Assembly: GCF_036365525.1 (NCBI RefSeq)
Contig: NC_090382.1
Location: 81,226,817 to 81,290,816 of the forward strand
Length of the DNA stretch: 64,000 nt
Reading direction: 5' to 3'
Source: Heterodontus francisci
Taxonomy: Eukaryota
Under the pieces are notes generated by a model. It searched no databases. It was not told the origin of the DNA and saw only the letters and a program-made list of their open reading frames with translations. The position numbers and the translations under genes were made by a program. How positions within the stretch are numbered: position 1 is the stretch's first letter; every line of letters starts with the position of its first letter. Positions 9,642-23,360 of the stretch are shown here, one piece after another.

Positions 9642-11365
9642 CTCTCGCCTCCCACCGCCTACGATCTTGAAAGTAGCAGATTCAGCTGAATACTTAAAGA
9701 AAGTGAAGGTGAAAAATGGCAGTCAAAGACATGAAAGGTGGGAAGAGCATCTCGAAGCAGCAGCATCTCACTGCAGTAGGTGTGGTCGTGTGAGGCACCT
9801 GCGGGAAAATTGCCCAGCCAAAGAGGCAGAGTGTTTCATATGTAAAAAGAGGGGGCATTTCCAATTGGTATGCCGTAGCAAGAAACCAGGGCTGCAAATT
9901 ATTAAAAATAAACCCAGAGAAAATAAGGAAATTAATGAAGTACAGGATGTACTATTTGTTGAATTACCGTTTCTAGGAGAAATCCACGTAGCAGGTGAAG
10001 GTTCCTGGATGGCAGAGATTGTGTCGGAGGCTATTAGTCAGGAGTCAAACTGCACTCTGAAGCAACAGTTCCAGTACTGGTCGACATGGAGCATTTGCTG
10101 AAGAAAGTCAGCATCAAACCTAAAGGTATAAAACTGTGTGAACCTAGAGGCATCGAGCTGAAGGTAATAGGAGAACAAAAAATGTTTGAGTTACTGGGGA
10201 AAAGAAATTCCCGAGATATATATTAATCAGAATCCGAATTGCTTGCTATTAAACAGAAAAGCTTGCATAGATTTACAGTTAATATGCAGAGTTGAAGAAC
10301 TGAAAGGCATAGAGGAACAGTCAAGGAATTCCCTAAATTATTCAAAGGATTGGGAAAACTAAAAACAGCCTACTGCATCACATTAAGAAAAGATGCAGAA
10401 TCATTGTGCTTATAGTCACCATGAGAAGTTCCACACCCACTCCTAGAGAAAGTTAAGAAATAAATAGAGCTAATGACCAAACAGGGAATCATCTCATCAG
10501 TAAACAAGGCTGTAGAGTGGGAAATACATCCAATGGTATCAGTGGATGAGAGTCTGGCAAAGCTAGGGAAAAGCATTATTTTCACTAAATTGGATGCCAA
10601 CAGTGGATTTTGGCAAGTACCTTCAGATGAGGAATCGAAACTATTGACGACTTTTATAACACCCTTTGGAAGATTCTGCTTTAACAGATTACCTTTTGGA
10701 ATTACACTGGAAATTTTCCAAAGAATGATGTCCAGAATCCTGGAGGGATTAGAAGGGATCATGTCATATGGATGACATGTTGATCCATGGTGCAAGTCAG
10801 CAGGAACAAGATGTGAAAGTGCAAGCAGTGTTGCAGAGACTGCAGGAAGCTGATCTAACACTGAATGAAGAGTATGTCTTTTCACAACAGATGATGAGAT
10901 TACTCGGTCATATTATTGATGGATAAGACATCAAAGCAGACCCTCAAAAGACGAAAGCAAAAGTCATCAAAGATTTTCCCAAGCCTAAAAAGAGTTGCAA
11001 AGGTTCATGGGCATGGTCAATCAGGTGGGAAAGTATCTGGCTATGATAAATGAACCACTGCGACAGTCATTAAAGAATGACAAGGCCTGGTGTTGGAGTG
11101 AGTCCAACAAGAAGCTTTTGAAAAATATCAAGCAGAAACTTCTTTCTTCAGAAGTGCAAGCAAATTATAACCCAAAATTACCAACCATTATAGCAGCGGA
11201 TGCATCAGCAACAGGGCTAAGTGCAGTCCTGTTTCAGATATAAAGTGATGGGAATCGCAGGCCTGTGTATTTTGCATCTCGTTCTTTGACAGAAACAGAG
11301 CAGATACACAGTCATAGAGAAAGATGCGTTGGCTGCAACTTGGGCATGCGAGAAATTCTCTGACC

Positions 11366-12970
11366 TTTTTTTTATTCGTTCATGGAATGTGGGCATTGCT
11401 GGCCAAGCCAGCATTTATTGCCCATCCCTAATTGCCCTTGAGAAGGTGGTGGTGAGCTGCTTTCTTAAACCGCTGCTGTCCATGTGGGGTAGGTACACCC
11501 ACAGTGCCGTTAGGAAGGGAGTCCCAGGATATTGACCCAGCGACAGTGAAGGAACGGCGATATAGTTCCAAGTCAGGATGGTGTGTGACTTGGAGGTGAA
11601 CTTGCAGGTGGTGGTGTTCCCATGCATTTGCTGCCCTTGTCCTTCTAGTTGGTAGAGGTCATGGGTTTGGAAGGTGCTGTCTAAGGAGCCTTGGTGCATT
11701 GCTGCAGTGCATCTTGTAGATGGTACACACTATGCGTCGGTGGTGGATGGAGTGAATGTTTGTAGATGGGGTGCCAATCAAGCGGGCTGTTTTGTCCTGG
11801 ATGGTGTCGAGCTTCTTGAGTGTTGCCGGAGCTGCACCCATCCAGGCAAGTGGAGAGTATTCCATCACACTCCTTGTAGATGATGGACAGGCTTTGGGGA
11901 GTCAGGGGGTGAGTTACTCGCTGCAGGGTTCCTAGTCTCTGACCTGCTCTTGTAGCCACGGTATTTATATGGCTACTCCAGTTCAGTTTCTGGTCAATGG
12001 TAGCCCCTAGGATATTGATAGTGGGGGATTCAGCGATGGTAAGCCATTGAATATCAAGGGGAGATGGTTAGATTCTCTCTTGTTGGAGATGGTCATTGCC
12101 TGGTACTTGTGTGGCGTGACTGTTACTTGCCACTTATCAGCCCAAGCCTGGACACTGTCCAAGTCTTGCTGCATTTCTACACAGACTGCTTCAGTATCTG
12201 AGGAGTCACGAATGTTGCTGAACATTGTGCAATCATCAGAGAACATCCCCACTTCTGACCTTATGATTGAAGGAAGGTCATTGATAAAGCAGCTGAAGAT
12301 GGTTGGGACTAGGACACTATCCTGAGGAACTCCTGCAGTGATGTCCCGGAGCTCAGATGATTGACCTCCAACAACCACAACCATTTTCCTTTGCACTCGG
12401 TATGACTCCAACTAGCGGAAAGTTTTCCCCCTGATTCCCATTGACTTCAGTTTTGCTAGGGCTCCTTGATGCCATACTCGATCAAATGCTGTCTTGATGT
12501 CAAGGTCAGTCACTCTCACTTCACCTCTTGAGTTCAGCTCTTTTGTCCATGTTTGAACCAAGGCTGTAATGAGGTCAGGAGCTGAGTGGCCCTGGCGGAA
12601 CCCAAACTGAGCATCACTGAGCAGGTTATTGCAAAGAAAGTGCCACTTGATGGCACTGTTGATGACACCTTCCATCACTTTACTGATGATTGAGAGTAGA
12701 CTGATGGGGCGGTAATTGGCCGGGTTGGACTTGTCCTGCTTTTTGTGTACAGGACATACCTGAGCAATTTTCCACATTGCAGGGTAGATGCCAATGTTGT
12801 AGCTGTACTGGAACAGCTTGGCTAGGGGCGCGGCAAATTCTGGAGCACACGTCTTCAGTACTATTGCCGGAATATTGTCAGGGCCCATAGCCTTTGCAGT
12901 ATTCAGTGCCTTCAGTCGTTTCTTGATATCACGTGGAGTGAATCGAATTGGCTGAAGTCTGGCATCTGTG
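11366..12970 (-). mobile_element. 5'-truncated copy of the same CR1-group LINE inserted in Gypsy A RNase H
   Basis: Collinear with 6390-7996, with a poly(T) at 11366. It splits CEKFSD / VLGLQLKI..HKPL. Confidence 0.92.
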
Positions 12971-14194
12971 TGCTAGGTCTTCAACTGAAGATTGGAAAGG
13001 AACACAAGCCATTAGTTAAGAACTAGCAAGGTTACCTTAGAGAGTGTAAGGGTTTTGTTTGAGATTAAATGAGCTTTGACACTGAAACCAAATATGTTCC
13101 TGGGAAACAGCAAATAACCACATTATCCCGCATTACATCAGCAGGACCTGAAGAAGGTGACATTCTTTTTGAGGAAGTAGACGTGTTTGCGTTTACAACT
13201 GCAATGTATTTATCTGTTACAAATCAGAAGTTGAGTCAAATCAGGAAGGCTCAAAAAGATGATGAAGTATGAACAGCAATTCAAGATTATTGTTTGCAGG
13301 GACGGCCAGTGTACATGCCACACAACCCAGTGTTAAGGCAATATTATGAGCAATAAGGTCACGTGAGTATTGTCAATGATTTGCTGATATTTAACAAGAG
13401 ATTAGTCATCCCTAGGATACTAAGATTCGCAATCTTGGAAAGGATACATCAAGGACATTTAGGAATAACAAAATGCAGAGCCAGGGCTAGACAGTCAATT
13501 TGGTGGACTGGTATATTGAAAGAGATTGAAGAGATGATATTGAAGTGTATCACTGTGCTGTCAATCGTCATGAGACAAAAACATCCCTTCAGAATGGTTT
13601 AGCCTCATGCGAATTGTTGATGGGACGAAGGTTAAGTACACAACTTTCTATATTTCCAAGAAGGCTTAAACCACAAGTGAGTGCAGAAGACTTGGAAAAA
13701 GTGAGGGAGAGAGAGAGAGGATAGGGGAAGATCTATTCAATCTAAGAATTATGACAGACGTCACAGAACCAAAAAATTGACAGACATACAACCTGGAGAA
13801 TCAGTTTGGGTTAGAGATCAGAGAAGGTATGGAAAGTGATAGAACAATCACCAGATCCATGATCATACATTGTCCAAACTGACCAAGGGATGATAAGAAG
13901 AAACAAAAGGTCATTGGTAGTGATACCAAGGAAGCAGCAGATTCAAGAGGAACAATCATCTCAAGAAGTTGATGAACCTACACAGCTGCAATCAATCATC
14001 AGCCCAGAGGTGATCCGAGTGAAGAACTTGAGTGATCAAATTGTTCTATTGAAGTACAAAAGAGTGAGAAGGAAGAACTAAAAGAGTCAAAACCCCAGAC
14101 ATCTTCTAAAGAGAGAAGGATGTGTTATGGCAAACTTGTAATAACGCCACAGCAGTTGATATTCTGAGAAGTGAAGTCAGAGACTTTTGGGAGA

Positions 14195-14395
14195 TATAGT
14201 ATCATGTAAGATAGGGTTGTTACTGGGCAGAATATGTAAATACTCTGAGTGTCATCACAGGAGGTTGTACAGAACCTCGTGTAGAGTGAAACTAGAAACC
14301 ATAGTTATCAGATGCATGTAAATAAACTCCTGTTCCTGTAACTGTTAATCTCTCAGACATTCTGTTATAAAACTAATCAGCGTCAGAATATTACA
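14195..14395 (+). repeat. 3' LTR of Gypsy A
   Basis: Follows a short purine tract (GGGAGA), ends ATTACA, contains AATAAA, homologous to 5606-5805. Confidence 0.88.
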
Positions 14396-15672
14396 TGAAC
14401 TGCCAACACTATTCCTCTCCCTGGCAACAGTCTGAGACTAAACCAGTTTGTTTGCAACCTTGGTGTCATATTTGACCTGAGATGAGCTTTGGACCACATA
14501 TTTGCTCCATCACCAAGACTGCCTATTTACACTTACGTTACATCATGGAACAAGACTTTAATTTTGTACATTACAAGGTAGCAAAACAAAATTAATTTGG
14601 AAATAACTGTGACAGCAGCAAATTTTACTCTGAACAATTGTGCTAGGAAACCAGTAAGCAAGACATTTCCCAAAGCAATAATACATGTTCAGATAACCCT
14701 GATTCTTCAAGTGATGGCTTACTTTCTATTTAAACTTCTGCATGCAGGGAGAGTTCCTCAGCAATGAATAAAATTGTCTGTGAAAGAGTTTCACTGGCAG
14801 GAGAAGTGGTGCGTGAAGTTTCACTGCTGGTATTTGTGCGGACATGATTTGCTAAAACGTGACTAGATTTTTTTCTATGAAGGTAACAGTTGAAATTTCA
14901 GGGATATGACACTTGGTGAACTGCAGTTGGTGAGCTTCAGTGACGAGTTTTGCATTAGGCAGCCAAGCAAAGACCTTCTGTGCCACACATTAGTGAATAG
15001 TGGGAGGGAGTGGATGAATGATTTGGAAAATTGTTATTCAAACTCATGATGGAAGCTCTTGCATCTTGGAGTAGACTGACCATTTAGTTAGCATGGGAGG
15101 CAACCTCGTCAAAGCGTGAAAGCTTCCATGTTAATTTGACACCCAGCTGAGCTCTCAATCTAACACTGCAATCTTGTGCAGTGACATGGCTGTAATGCAC
15201 TAACTCCAGTCAACCAAGAACAGCATGTTATTACTCTATTTCAAATAGTTATAGTCTATATTCTGCATTTGCCTATCTCTTATGATTTCTCTGAAATGAT
15301 TGCAACAGAAAATATTTTGTTTCCAATCACCATAACTCCAGTAAGTCAGACATAAAGCAAAGCCCATATTGTAGTTAATCAGTCTTTATTGCTAATGAAC
15401 AGCAATATTGCAGAGCTATTTTGTTCTCTTGCAGCATCCCTATAGTTTCTTTATTTATTCAAGACTATTCAATCTCCTGCATTACAACCTATATCAAAGA
15501 CTTAGATGAGGGGACTGAGTGGAATATATCCAAGTGTGCTGACAATACAAAGCTAGGTAGGAAAGTAAACTGTCAGGTGGATGCAAAGAAGCTGCAAAGG
15601 GGTGTAGATCAGTTAAGCAATTGTGCCAGATGGAGTATCATGTATGAAAGTGTGAAATTATCCACTTTGATT

Positions 15673-17998
15673 GTTATTATTATTGGCTATCCCTCGCAGG
15701 TGAGGATGATTGTCTTCCATGAGTCCAAAGATGGCTGATGAGGCCAATTTGGGATCTACAGACTTTATGGTATGTAGGGCATTTATTGTCATATGGGATG
15801 TCTGGTCATGTATTATTAGTTCGGTCATGGCCTGTTCTTTTCGCTCTCACTTTTCCTCTTCATTTTTTCGTCGTTTGGTCTCAAAACGCTGGGATCCTTC
15901 CCACGGATTCTGCCTCCATCTGGTTCAATCCAGGCAATGGTCTCCCAGGAGTTGATGTCAATGTTGCATTTCTTCATGTTGACTTTCAGCAAATCCTTGA
16001 AGCACTTCTTCTGTCCTCCTCTGGTGCATCTGCCCTGACTGAGCTGGGAGAAGACGACCTGCTTTGGGAGCCTGGTAACTGACATCCGAACTATATGACT
16101 AACACAACGATGGCAGATAATCATAGCCTCAATGCTTGTGGTGTCTGCTTGTGAGAGGACATTGATGTTGCTTTAATTTTACACGCTAATCTCTTATGTG
16201 GGACTTTGTCGAAAGCCTTCTGAAAGTCCAAATAAACCACATCCACTGGCTCCCCCTCATCAACTCTACTCGTTACATCCTTGAAGAATTCTAGTAGATT
16301 TGTCAAGCATGATTTCCCTTTCGTAAATCCATGCTGACTCTGTCCGATTCTACCACTGTTCTCCAAGTGCTCTGCTATAAAATCTTTGATAATGGACTCT
16401 AGAATTTTCCCCACTACCAACGTCAGGCTGACTGGTCATTAATTCCCTACTTTCTATCTACCTCCCTTTTTCAATAGTGGGGTTACATTAGCTACCCTCC
16501 AATCTGTAGGAACTGTTCCAGAGTCTATAGAATCTTGGAAGATGACCACCAATGCATCCACTATTTCTAGGGCCACTTCCTTAAATACTCTGGGATATAG
16601 ACCATCAGGCCCTGGGGATTTAACGGCCTTAAATTGCATCAATTTCCCCAACACCATTTCTCTACTCATACTGATTTCCTTCAGTTCCTCTTTCTGACTA
16701 AACCCTGTGTTCCCCAACATTTCTGGTATGATATTTATGTCCTGCTTTGTGAAGACAGAACCAAAGTATGCATAGAGTTGGTCAACCATTTCTTTGAGTT
16801 AACATTTCCAATTCCTTTCCTGCCAATGGTTCCATTCCAGAGATTGGAATCTCTTCCAACTCTGGCATTGAAGTCTCTGAGAAGAATAAGCCTGTCTTCC
16901 TTCAGAACCCCACAGACAACTTGGTTAAGTTTGGCATAGAAATCTTCTTTGGTTTCGTTATCGATGTCTAGAATTGGGACATATGCACTGATCACGGTGG
17001 TGTATTGGATCCTTGCAGTTTGAGTTGAAGAATCATGAGATGCTCATTGCTTTCAAGGGGGAACTCATGAACCTGGTTGACAAGTTCATTCTTGATGGCA
17101 AATCCAACTCAGTGAATTCTGCATTATACTTCTGATTTTCCCTTCCAGAAGAAAGTATAGCTGCCTCGATGTTCCTTGAGCTGCCCCACTCCAGCTTGTC
17201 AATGTCATATCGCCAGAGTTCTCGGACAAGAAACTCAGTGTGGCACTCCAGGGGTTCACTCATGGCTGTGTCCATTAGCATCCTGATATTCCAGATCTCA
17301 AACTTTACTACACCCCCTTGTCCTCACCACAGAACCTGTGCAATGCATAAGAAAGGGTCGATTAAAACAGGGTGAAGTACGCTGAGACTCTTTATGTCCT
17401 GGGTCGATTCGGTTACCATGAAGGCCTGTTAGGAACCATAGAAGTACTCAGCAGACGGGGCTTTGGCAAACATATCCTCAACAGTAGAACAGATGGAAGA
17501 TGATGTGCCATCTGAAATATTTCAATGGCTGTTCTGGCGAAAGAAGGCTGCAACAGAATGAACCCCACCCCCCCCCCACCCCCAATCGCCTTGGTGCCCT
17601 TGCCATTGGATCAAGGTGTCTTTCTGTCAAGATACATGTGGAACCTGTTGTGCAATGGTTTCTCCACGCTAAAAGATGTCATGCACAGGCGTCCTCTTTT
17701 CCGAGTAGATCCTCCAAGCCCTTCAGTGACCAGCAAATGGCAACGGGAGCAGGATTGTGTTGTCTGGAAGCTTCTAGTCATGATCTGACACAGAGGCGGC
17801 AGTTGCAAGATGGTCGTCTAGCACTTGGATGAGGCAGGGGTACCTTTCGGCAGCTATAACTGTGACTGAGCAGCCCTGTTTAAGATCCATTCTGTTCACC
17901 CCTTATTGGAGAGGGGGCTAGAAAAGGTGCCCTAAAGATAGTCTGCCTCACCTCTTCCGACTGGCTAGCCGCGTCCAGAGGGATCACCTCCTGTGGTA
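15673..17998 (-). mobile_element. RTE-clade LINE remnant (5' UTR, APE, C-terminus); RT core replaced by a CR1 fragment
   Basis: ISAYVP..ETKEDFYAKL..LLRDFNARVGRD..WNGTIGRKGIGNVNS (RTE endonuclease) and RLPKQVVFSQLSQGRCTRGGQKKCFKDLLK (RTE C-terminus). Short (TAA)n-like tail at about 15673-15683. Confidence 0.82.
16170..16795 (-). mobile_element. Internal CR1 ORF2 fragment with no 3' tail
   Basis: KSPGPDGLYPRVFKE; QHGFTKGKSCLTNLLEFF; VYLDFQKAFDKVPH. Close to 24490-24757 joined to 27502-27762. Confidence 0.85.
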
Positions 17999-19407
17999 GA
18001 AACACATCACTTTGATAGGAAGAATAGAAAAGCAGAATATTTTTTAAAAGTGAGAGGCTGGGAAGTGTTGGTATTCAGAGGGATTTGGGTGTCCTCGTAA
18101 ACAAATTACAGAAAGTTAACATGCAGGTACATCAAGCAATTAGAAAGGCAAATTATATATTAGCCTTTATTGTAAATGGGTTGGAGTATGAGAGTAAGGA
18201 AGTCTTGCTGCTGCAATTATATAGGACTTTGGTACGACCACACCTGGAGTACTACGCACAGTTTTGATCTCCTTTCTTAAGGAAGGATAGATATGCTTTA
18301 CAGGGGTGCAACAAAGGTTCGATTAGATTGATTCTTGGGATGGGAGAACTGTCCTAGGAGAAGAGATTGAGTAGAATAGGTCTATATTCTCCAGCATTTA
18401 TAATAATGATCTCATTGAAAAGTATAAAGTTATTAGATGGCTTGACAGGGTAAATGCTGAGATACTGTTTTCCTCTGGCTGAAGAATCTACGACTAGCAG
18501 TCATAGTTTCAGGATAAGAGGCCAGCCATTTAGGACGGAGATGAAGAATTTCTTCACTCAGAGTCTTGTTACTCTTTGGAATTCCACACCCTAGAGGATA
18601 ATGGATGCTCAGTTATTAATTATGTTTAAGACTGAGATCAATAGATTATTGGACACAAAGGGAATTGAGGAATATGGAGAATGCAGGAAAGTGGATTTGA
18701 TTTAGCAGTTCAGTTCTGATCTTGTTGAATTGAGGAGCAGGCTTGAGGAACTCTATGGTCTACTTCTGTATCTATTTCTTGTATCCTTATTGCATGGTGG
18801 TAGTCAAGACCAAGTGTTGTCTTAAGGTCAGGACAGTTTAGATGGCAGGAGATAATTGGACCAGGCTGGAGGAAGGAGTGAAGAAGAGGTGAGAAAGGGA
18901 GAGAGAGGCAGGAGGTAAGGAAGGGGATGGGATGATGCAGGACAGAGGAAAGAGGATTGGCTAGAGTTGAGGGAGAGTTTAAAAAAATCAGTATCTCAGT
19001 AGGCAGGGGTTCAAAAAGTATCTCACTTGGTTGAGTGAAGGAAAATGAACCCAGATGGTTGAAGAGGGAAATTAGCTCAGTGGGGTGGAGTTGGAATGGT
19101 CTCTCAGGGGGAAGGAGGTTGGTGAGGTACCTCAGTGGATTGTCAGAAAGAAAGTACTTCAAGGGGAGCGGTGGGGAGCTGAGTGTAGGAAATGTTGGAA
19201 TAATTCCTCACTAGAAGGTGGGGTTGGGATGGGGGATTATCTTGGCCGGGGTTTGAAATTTATCTCAGAGGGTTAGGACTTGGAAAATACCTCAGCAGCG
19301 GTAATAGAAAAGTACTTTAGTGCGGAGTGGGTCAGAAAGGTATCCCAGCTGGAGAGGGGGGTAAAAGTGAACCTCAAAGGCTCTAATTGTATTAGTGTTA
19401 GTAAGTC

Positions 19408-20328
19408 TGTTACAGCCAGGTGAGAAAGGGGTCTAGGGGTTCCCTCTCAGCTTTTTCCTGGTTTAACTGTAACAGGGTTTAATTTTTAAAACACCATGTT
19501 TTTTTTTAACTTCCCCTCAGTGAATCCTTGTTCACGACTCTCCAATTGTAATGGCAAAAAATCAACCAAACAGGTTTTCTTAGATTTAAACAAGAAAGGT
19601 GTAAGTTTACTAACCTTAAAACACTAATTTGGTTAAAACTACGAAAAATAGGTGACGCAACAATGCTAGCGTGCATACGCAATAAACACACACGCAGATA
19701 GAGACAGGAAAGGGGAAAGAATCAAGGGGAAAGGTTTGAAGTAATAGCTGGAGTTCATTTACTGTCTTTTGAGTTTGATGTAAAGTCTTTGATTGCAGTT
19801 TGATCTTGTTGCCTCGTTGGGGCCCAGTACACACTTTCAAACTTGTTTCTATGGTTTTCTGTCTTCTTGAAATCCAGTTGCAGTTTCCTTTTTGTGAGAG
19901 AGGGAGAGAGAGGGAGATGCTCTCTCTTCAAGTTCAGTTGCAGTCTGCCCAAACTGTTCTGTGAACACAATTCAAACCAAACCTGAGCCAGCAAGTCACT
20001 CATGTGACTAGCTCTTTTTTTCAAGACTACCTGCCCAGCGTGGTTTTGTGGATTCTTTCAATCTTAGTAGATATCCTCAGTAGGGGGCTGGAATGCTGAC
20101 CTTCACACACTCAATGTCTTTTGATCAAAATCCATTTGGTTAATTGAATCAGGGAGCAGTTCCATTGTTTTCTCCAGGCAACTGTCTCTTAGAATGCAAA
20201 TGTTTCCAGCCACTGTCCTATTAGAATGCAGGTATAACCATGTTTTCAGTCCAGTAAGAGTTTAAAATTAATGTTCCATATGACAAAATTAATATGCCTC
20301 ATTCTTTGCAGGTGAGGTTTTCCTCACA
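19408..20328. mobile_element. Solo LTR (921 bp)
   Basis: TGT...ACA termini flanked by an exact 5-bp TSD AAGTC (19403-19407 and 20329-20333). Confidence 0.8.
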
Positions 20329-22187
20329 AAGTCCAATTGTTTTACTGTAATACATAGAGCCCAATTTTTCAAATGACAGCATTTCAATATTTCAAATTTG
20401 AAGAGGCCCCAGTGTTTTGAAAAACAGATCAATGTCTACTTATACTGTTGCAATTTCTTCATTTCTGAATAGGCAGCAATTTCTCCATATGTGTTCCTCA
20501 GATAAAGTGTTAATGGTGTTACTAATGTTAGCAAAGCATGACATTAAAGCTTCACTTACAGGCTTGAGAAGTATTGCAGGTTAATGGGATTATCCATAAA
20601 ACCTGGCTGACATGGGAGTTTGCATTGCATTTTAAATGGAATGCTGTGGCTCATCTATTTTTTGAATATATAATGATGCAGTTAGGAAAAAATAGATTAG
20701 TTCTTCAGAAATTCTCAATTTTGATCAAGGTCAGCTATGCAGCCATGTTCTTGTCCTCTGCCCTTCTTGACAGGATTCCTGTTAATCATAATCAGGCATG
20801 ATATCAGTTGGAAGTAATGGAGAGGTCAGTGGAGTGAGTGGACAAAAAATTGTACACAAGCAAAATTGAGTTCCAAAACAGGAGTAGGGTCTTTATGAAA
20901 CAGGTGTGTGCCAAACATTTTTTGATTTTTTTATTACCATAGAACCCAGTGCATTTCAGAGCACATCATTAGTTGCATATGGTATCATACTGGAGTTAAA
21001 ATTATTTGTATCCTCCTTAAATGGGGGGAAAAAACAGCTTACCTGATATTTTTTCCATGAAGACAATATTCCTTTAAAGTTTCATTATGGAGTGTTAGAG
21101 AAGGTTTTGTTCATGGAAGACTGGAACAGCTTGCTTTCAAGCATCTAGTGCAGTGCTGCCACGTTGATAACTGTGGTAATTCTGTGTCAGCATTCTCTAT
21201 TCGATAAATTCTGTAATCCTCTACTCTCAGCAGGGAGCCCCTGCTGAATGAAATGCAGTCAGAATTAAGGCGAGCATGTTGTTGTCGTGTCTCTAACCTG
21301 CACTTTCTTCAAGCATGACTTTTCCACTTAAAACACAGGTTCACTGAATTTACTTTGTATCTGTCAAGTTAAATTAATTTGTAGTGTTGGAGATCATTGA
21401 AAAATGTGGTAATATTGCACACCCAGTTGTATTACTGGAGACTACTCTCTTCATATTTTGCAAAACAAATTAAAATAACATTGTATCTTCTAAAATGGAG
21501 GTTGTGGGAGATACAATTATGTTTCAAGGTGAAGTCTCTTAACTTCTAAAGAAGTGCATTCACAGAATGTAGCATGCCAAATGTGATTTACAGGGAAGGA
21601 ATCTGCTTGTTTCTTGTTTGTTGCACAGGCCTAAAATACTTCAATGAGTCAGTTTTCAACAGAAATAGATTATCTTTCTCAATTTATATATCTGGGATAT
21701 ATGGTACACTTCTAATGATTCAAAATTGCTTAAATTGAATTACCACATAATTTAAGCCTCCCGCATAACAGTGATGCACCAATTTGAATTAATTAATTAC
21801 TGCATAATTCAAATTTAGACAAAAAGCAGCATTGAATAAACAGGGTAGACTGTACTTCAAAACACAATTTCCTTTGCACCAACCATTATGTTTATTATAT
21901 TTTAGCCATTTTTGACACTGTCTCCTTTTCTTTGAGAGGTTTCTTACTTTCTGCACACAAGCAGATATAGACGCACATGCACACATACAGGAACACTGCA
22001 TCTGATTGGCAACATAGATAAAGATTAAGTGTGAGTAGGCAGAACTAATGCTAACTATAAATGAAATAGCTATAAATGTTACAAAATCGTAATGACTTGA
22101 ATTGGCATGATTAGATCTATTTGTATCTATTTGAATTTTCTCTGTGTAAAATGATTTCAGACTTCATATGACCAACTTTCTTTTTGA

Positions 22188-22528
22188 ACATACAAATTCA
22201 GAGCAGGAGCAGGCCACTCGGCCCTTCGAGCCTGCGCTGCCATTCAACAAGATCATGGATGATCTGATTGTAACCTCAACTCCACATTCCCGCTACCCCC
22301 AAGAACCTTTCACCTCCTTGTTTATCAAGAATCTATCTACCTCTGCCTTAAAGATATCCAAAGACTCTGCATCCACTGCCTTTTGAGGAAGAGAGTTCCA
22401 AAGACACACGACCCTCAGAGAGAAAAAATTTCCCCTCATCTCTGCCTGAAATGGGCGGCCCCTTATTTTTAAACAGTGACCCCTAGTTCTAGATTCTCCC
22501 CCAGAGGAAACATCCTTTCCACATCCAT
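22188..22528 (-). mobile_element. CR1 3' end fragment
   Basis: ESRTRGHCLKIRGRPF..NFFSLRVVCLWNSLPQKAV plus the 3' UTR GAAGGGCCGAGTGGCCTGCTCCTGCTC. Confidence 0.85.
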
Positions 22529-23360
22529 ATTTGGCATTATGTCTGTGTGTGTCTGTTTCTGGAATGTAACACCACAGAAAAAGAGATGGAGACTTGTAAT
22601 GGCAGGTTTCCACCTCCCTGGCATATGCTAATTGGTAGGCGGACAAACCGAGCAAATAGAAGGTGAACACGTGGCTAAAGGAATGGTATAGGAAGGAGAT
22701 ATTCCATTTTATGGGACACTGGCACCAGTACTGGGACAGGAGGGAGCTATCCTGATGGGATCAGTTACCCCTGAACTGGACTGGAATCAAGGTCCGAGGG
22801 GAAACAATAAATAGGCTGGTAAAAAGAACTTTAAAGTAATCAATATGGCCGAGGTGGGGGGGAGGGGGGCCTCATTCAGTAACCATAGTAAAAATGATGC
22901 TTTAAAGATTTTTTAAAAAGAACTGTATAATAGCAGAGTTCGGGTCCCAAACAGTGATAGTGTTATATTCCAGGTGAGGGGAATACTAAAATAACTCAAG
23001 TAATTACAGCAAGAATTACAAATAAAAAACTTAAGTTAAGTGGTGTCTGAAAGACAGCACCAGAGCAGGACAGGTTAGGATCTCTTGCCCAAATAAGTGT
23101 CTTATATACTAATGCAGAAAGTATAAGAAATAATTTGAGTGAATTAGAGGCTTGGAGGGTTTGATGCAGTGGCCATTAATGAGACATGGCTGCAAGCTAG
23201 TCATGATTGTGACTTACAATGTTATAAGATCTTTTAGAGAGGATAGGAAAACTGGAAGAGGATAAGGGATAGTCTTGTAATTGTATCTTTAATCAATATC
23301 AGTAAAAGCAAATATCAGTAAAGGAAAGCAAACAGCAGAGACATTGTGGATAGAATTAAA

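Larger units (their letters stand above)
5606..14395 (+). mobile_element. Gypsy LTR retrotransposon A (decayed; two LINE insertions)
   Basis: LTRs at 5606-5805 and 14195-14395 are clearly homologous. PBS-like TGGTTGCAACGG at 5806. gag (REELIRDRIMV; CFICKKRGHFQLVC), RT (KLDANSGFWQV..TTFITPFGRFCFNRLPFG), RNase H (IAADASATGL; ATWACEKFSD..VLGL..HKPL) and IN zinc motif (IHQGHLGITKCRARARQSIWW). Confidence 0.92.
15482..18775 (+). mobile_element. CR1 LINE 3' part, split by an RTE insertion (pieces about 15482-15672 and 18005-18775)
   Basis: YIKDLDEGTEWNISKCADNTKLG on the left. LGVLV...QLYRTLVRPHLEYYAQF and the 3' UTR on the right. Confidence 0.8.

Noticed and set aside
5601-14400. TSD for Gypsy A
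   Set aside because: The flanks CTCAC and TGAAC do not match convincingly, so no TSD is claimed.
18790-19400. Purine-rich stretch with a 150-aa minus-strand ORF (18710-19162)
   Set aside because: Low-complexity Leu/Pro/Ser translation with no recognisable domain. Likely decayed repeat-derived sequence.
21036-21215. Possible minus-strand exon ending at CAG|GTAAG near 21043
   Set aside because: No convincing open frame or recognisable protein similarity upstream of the donor.
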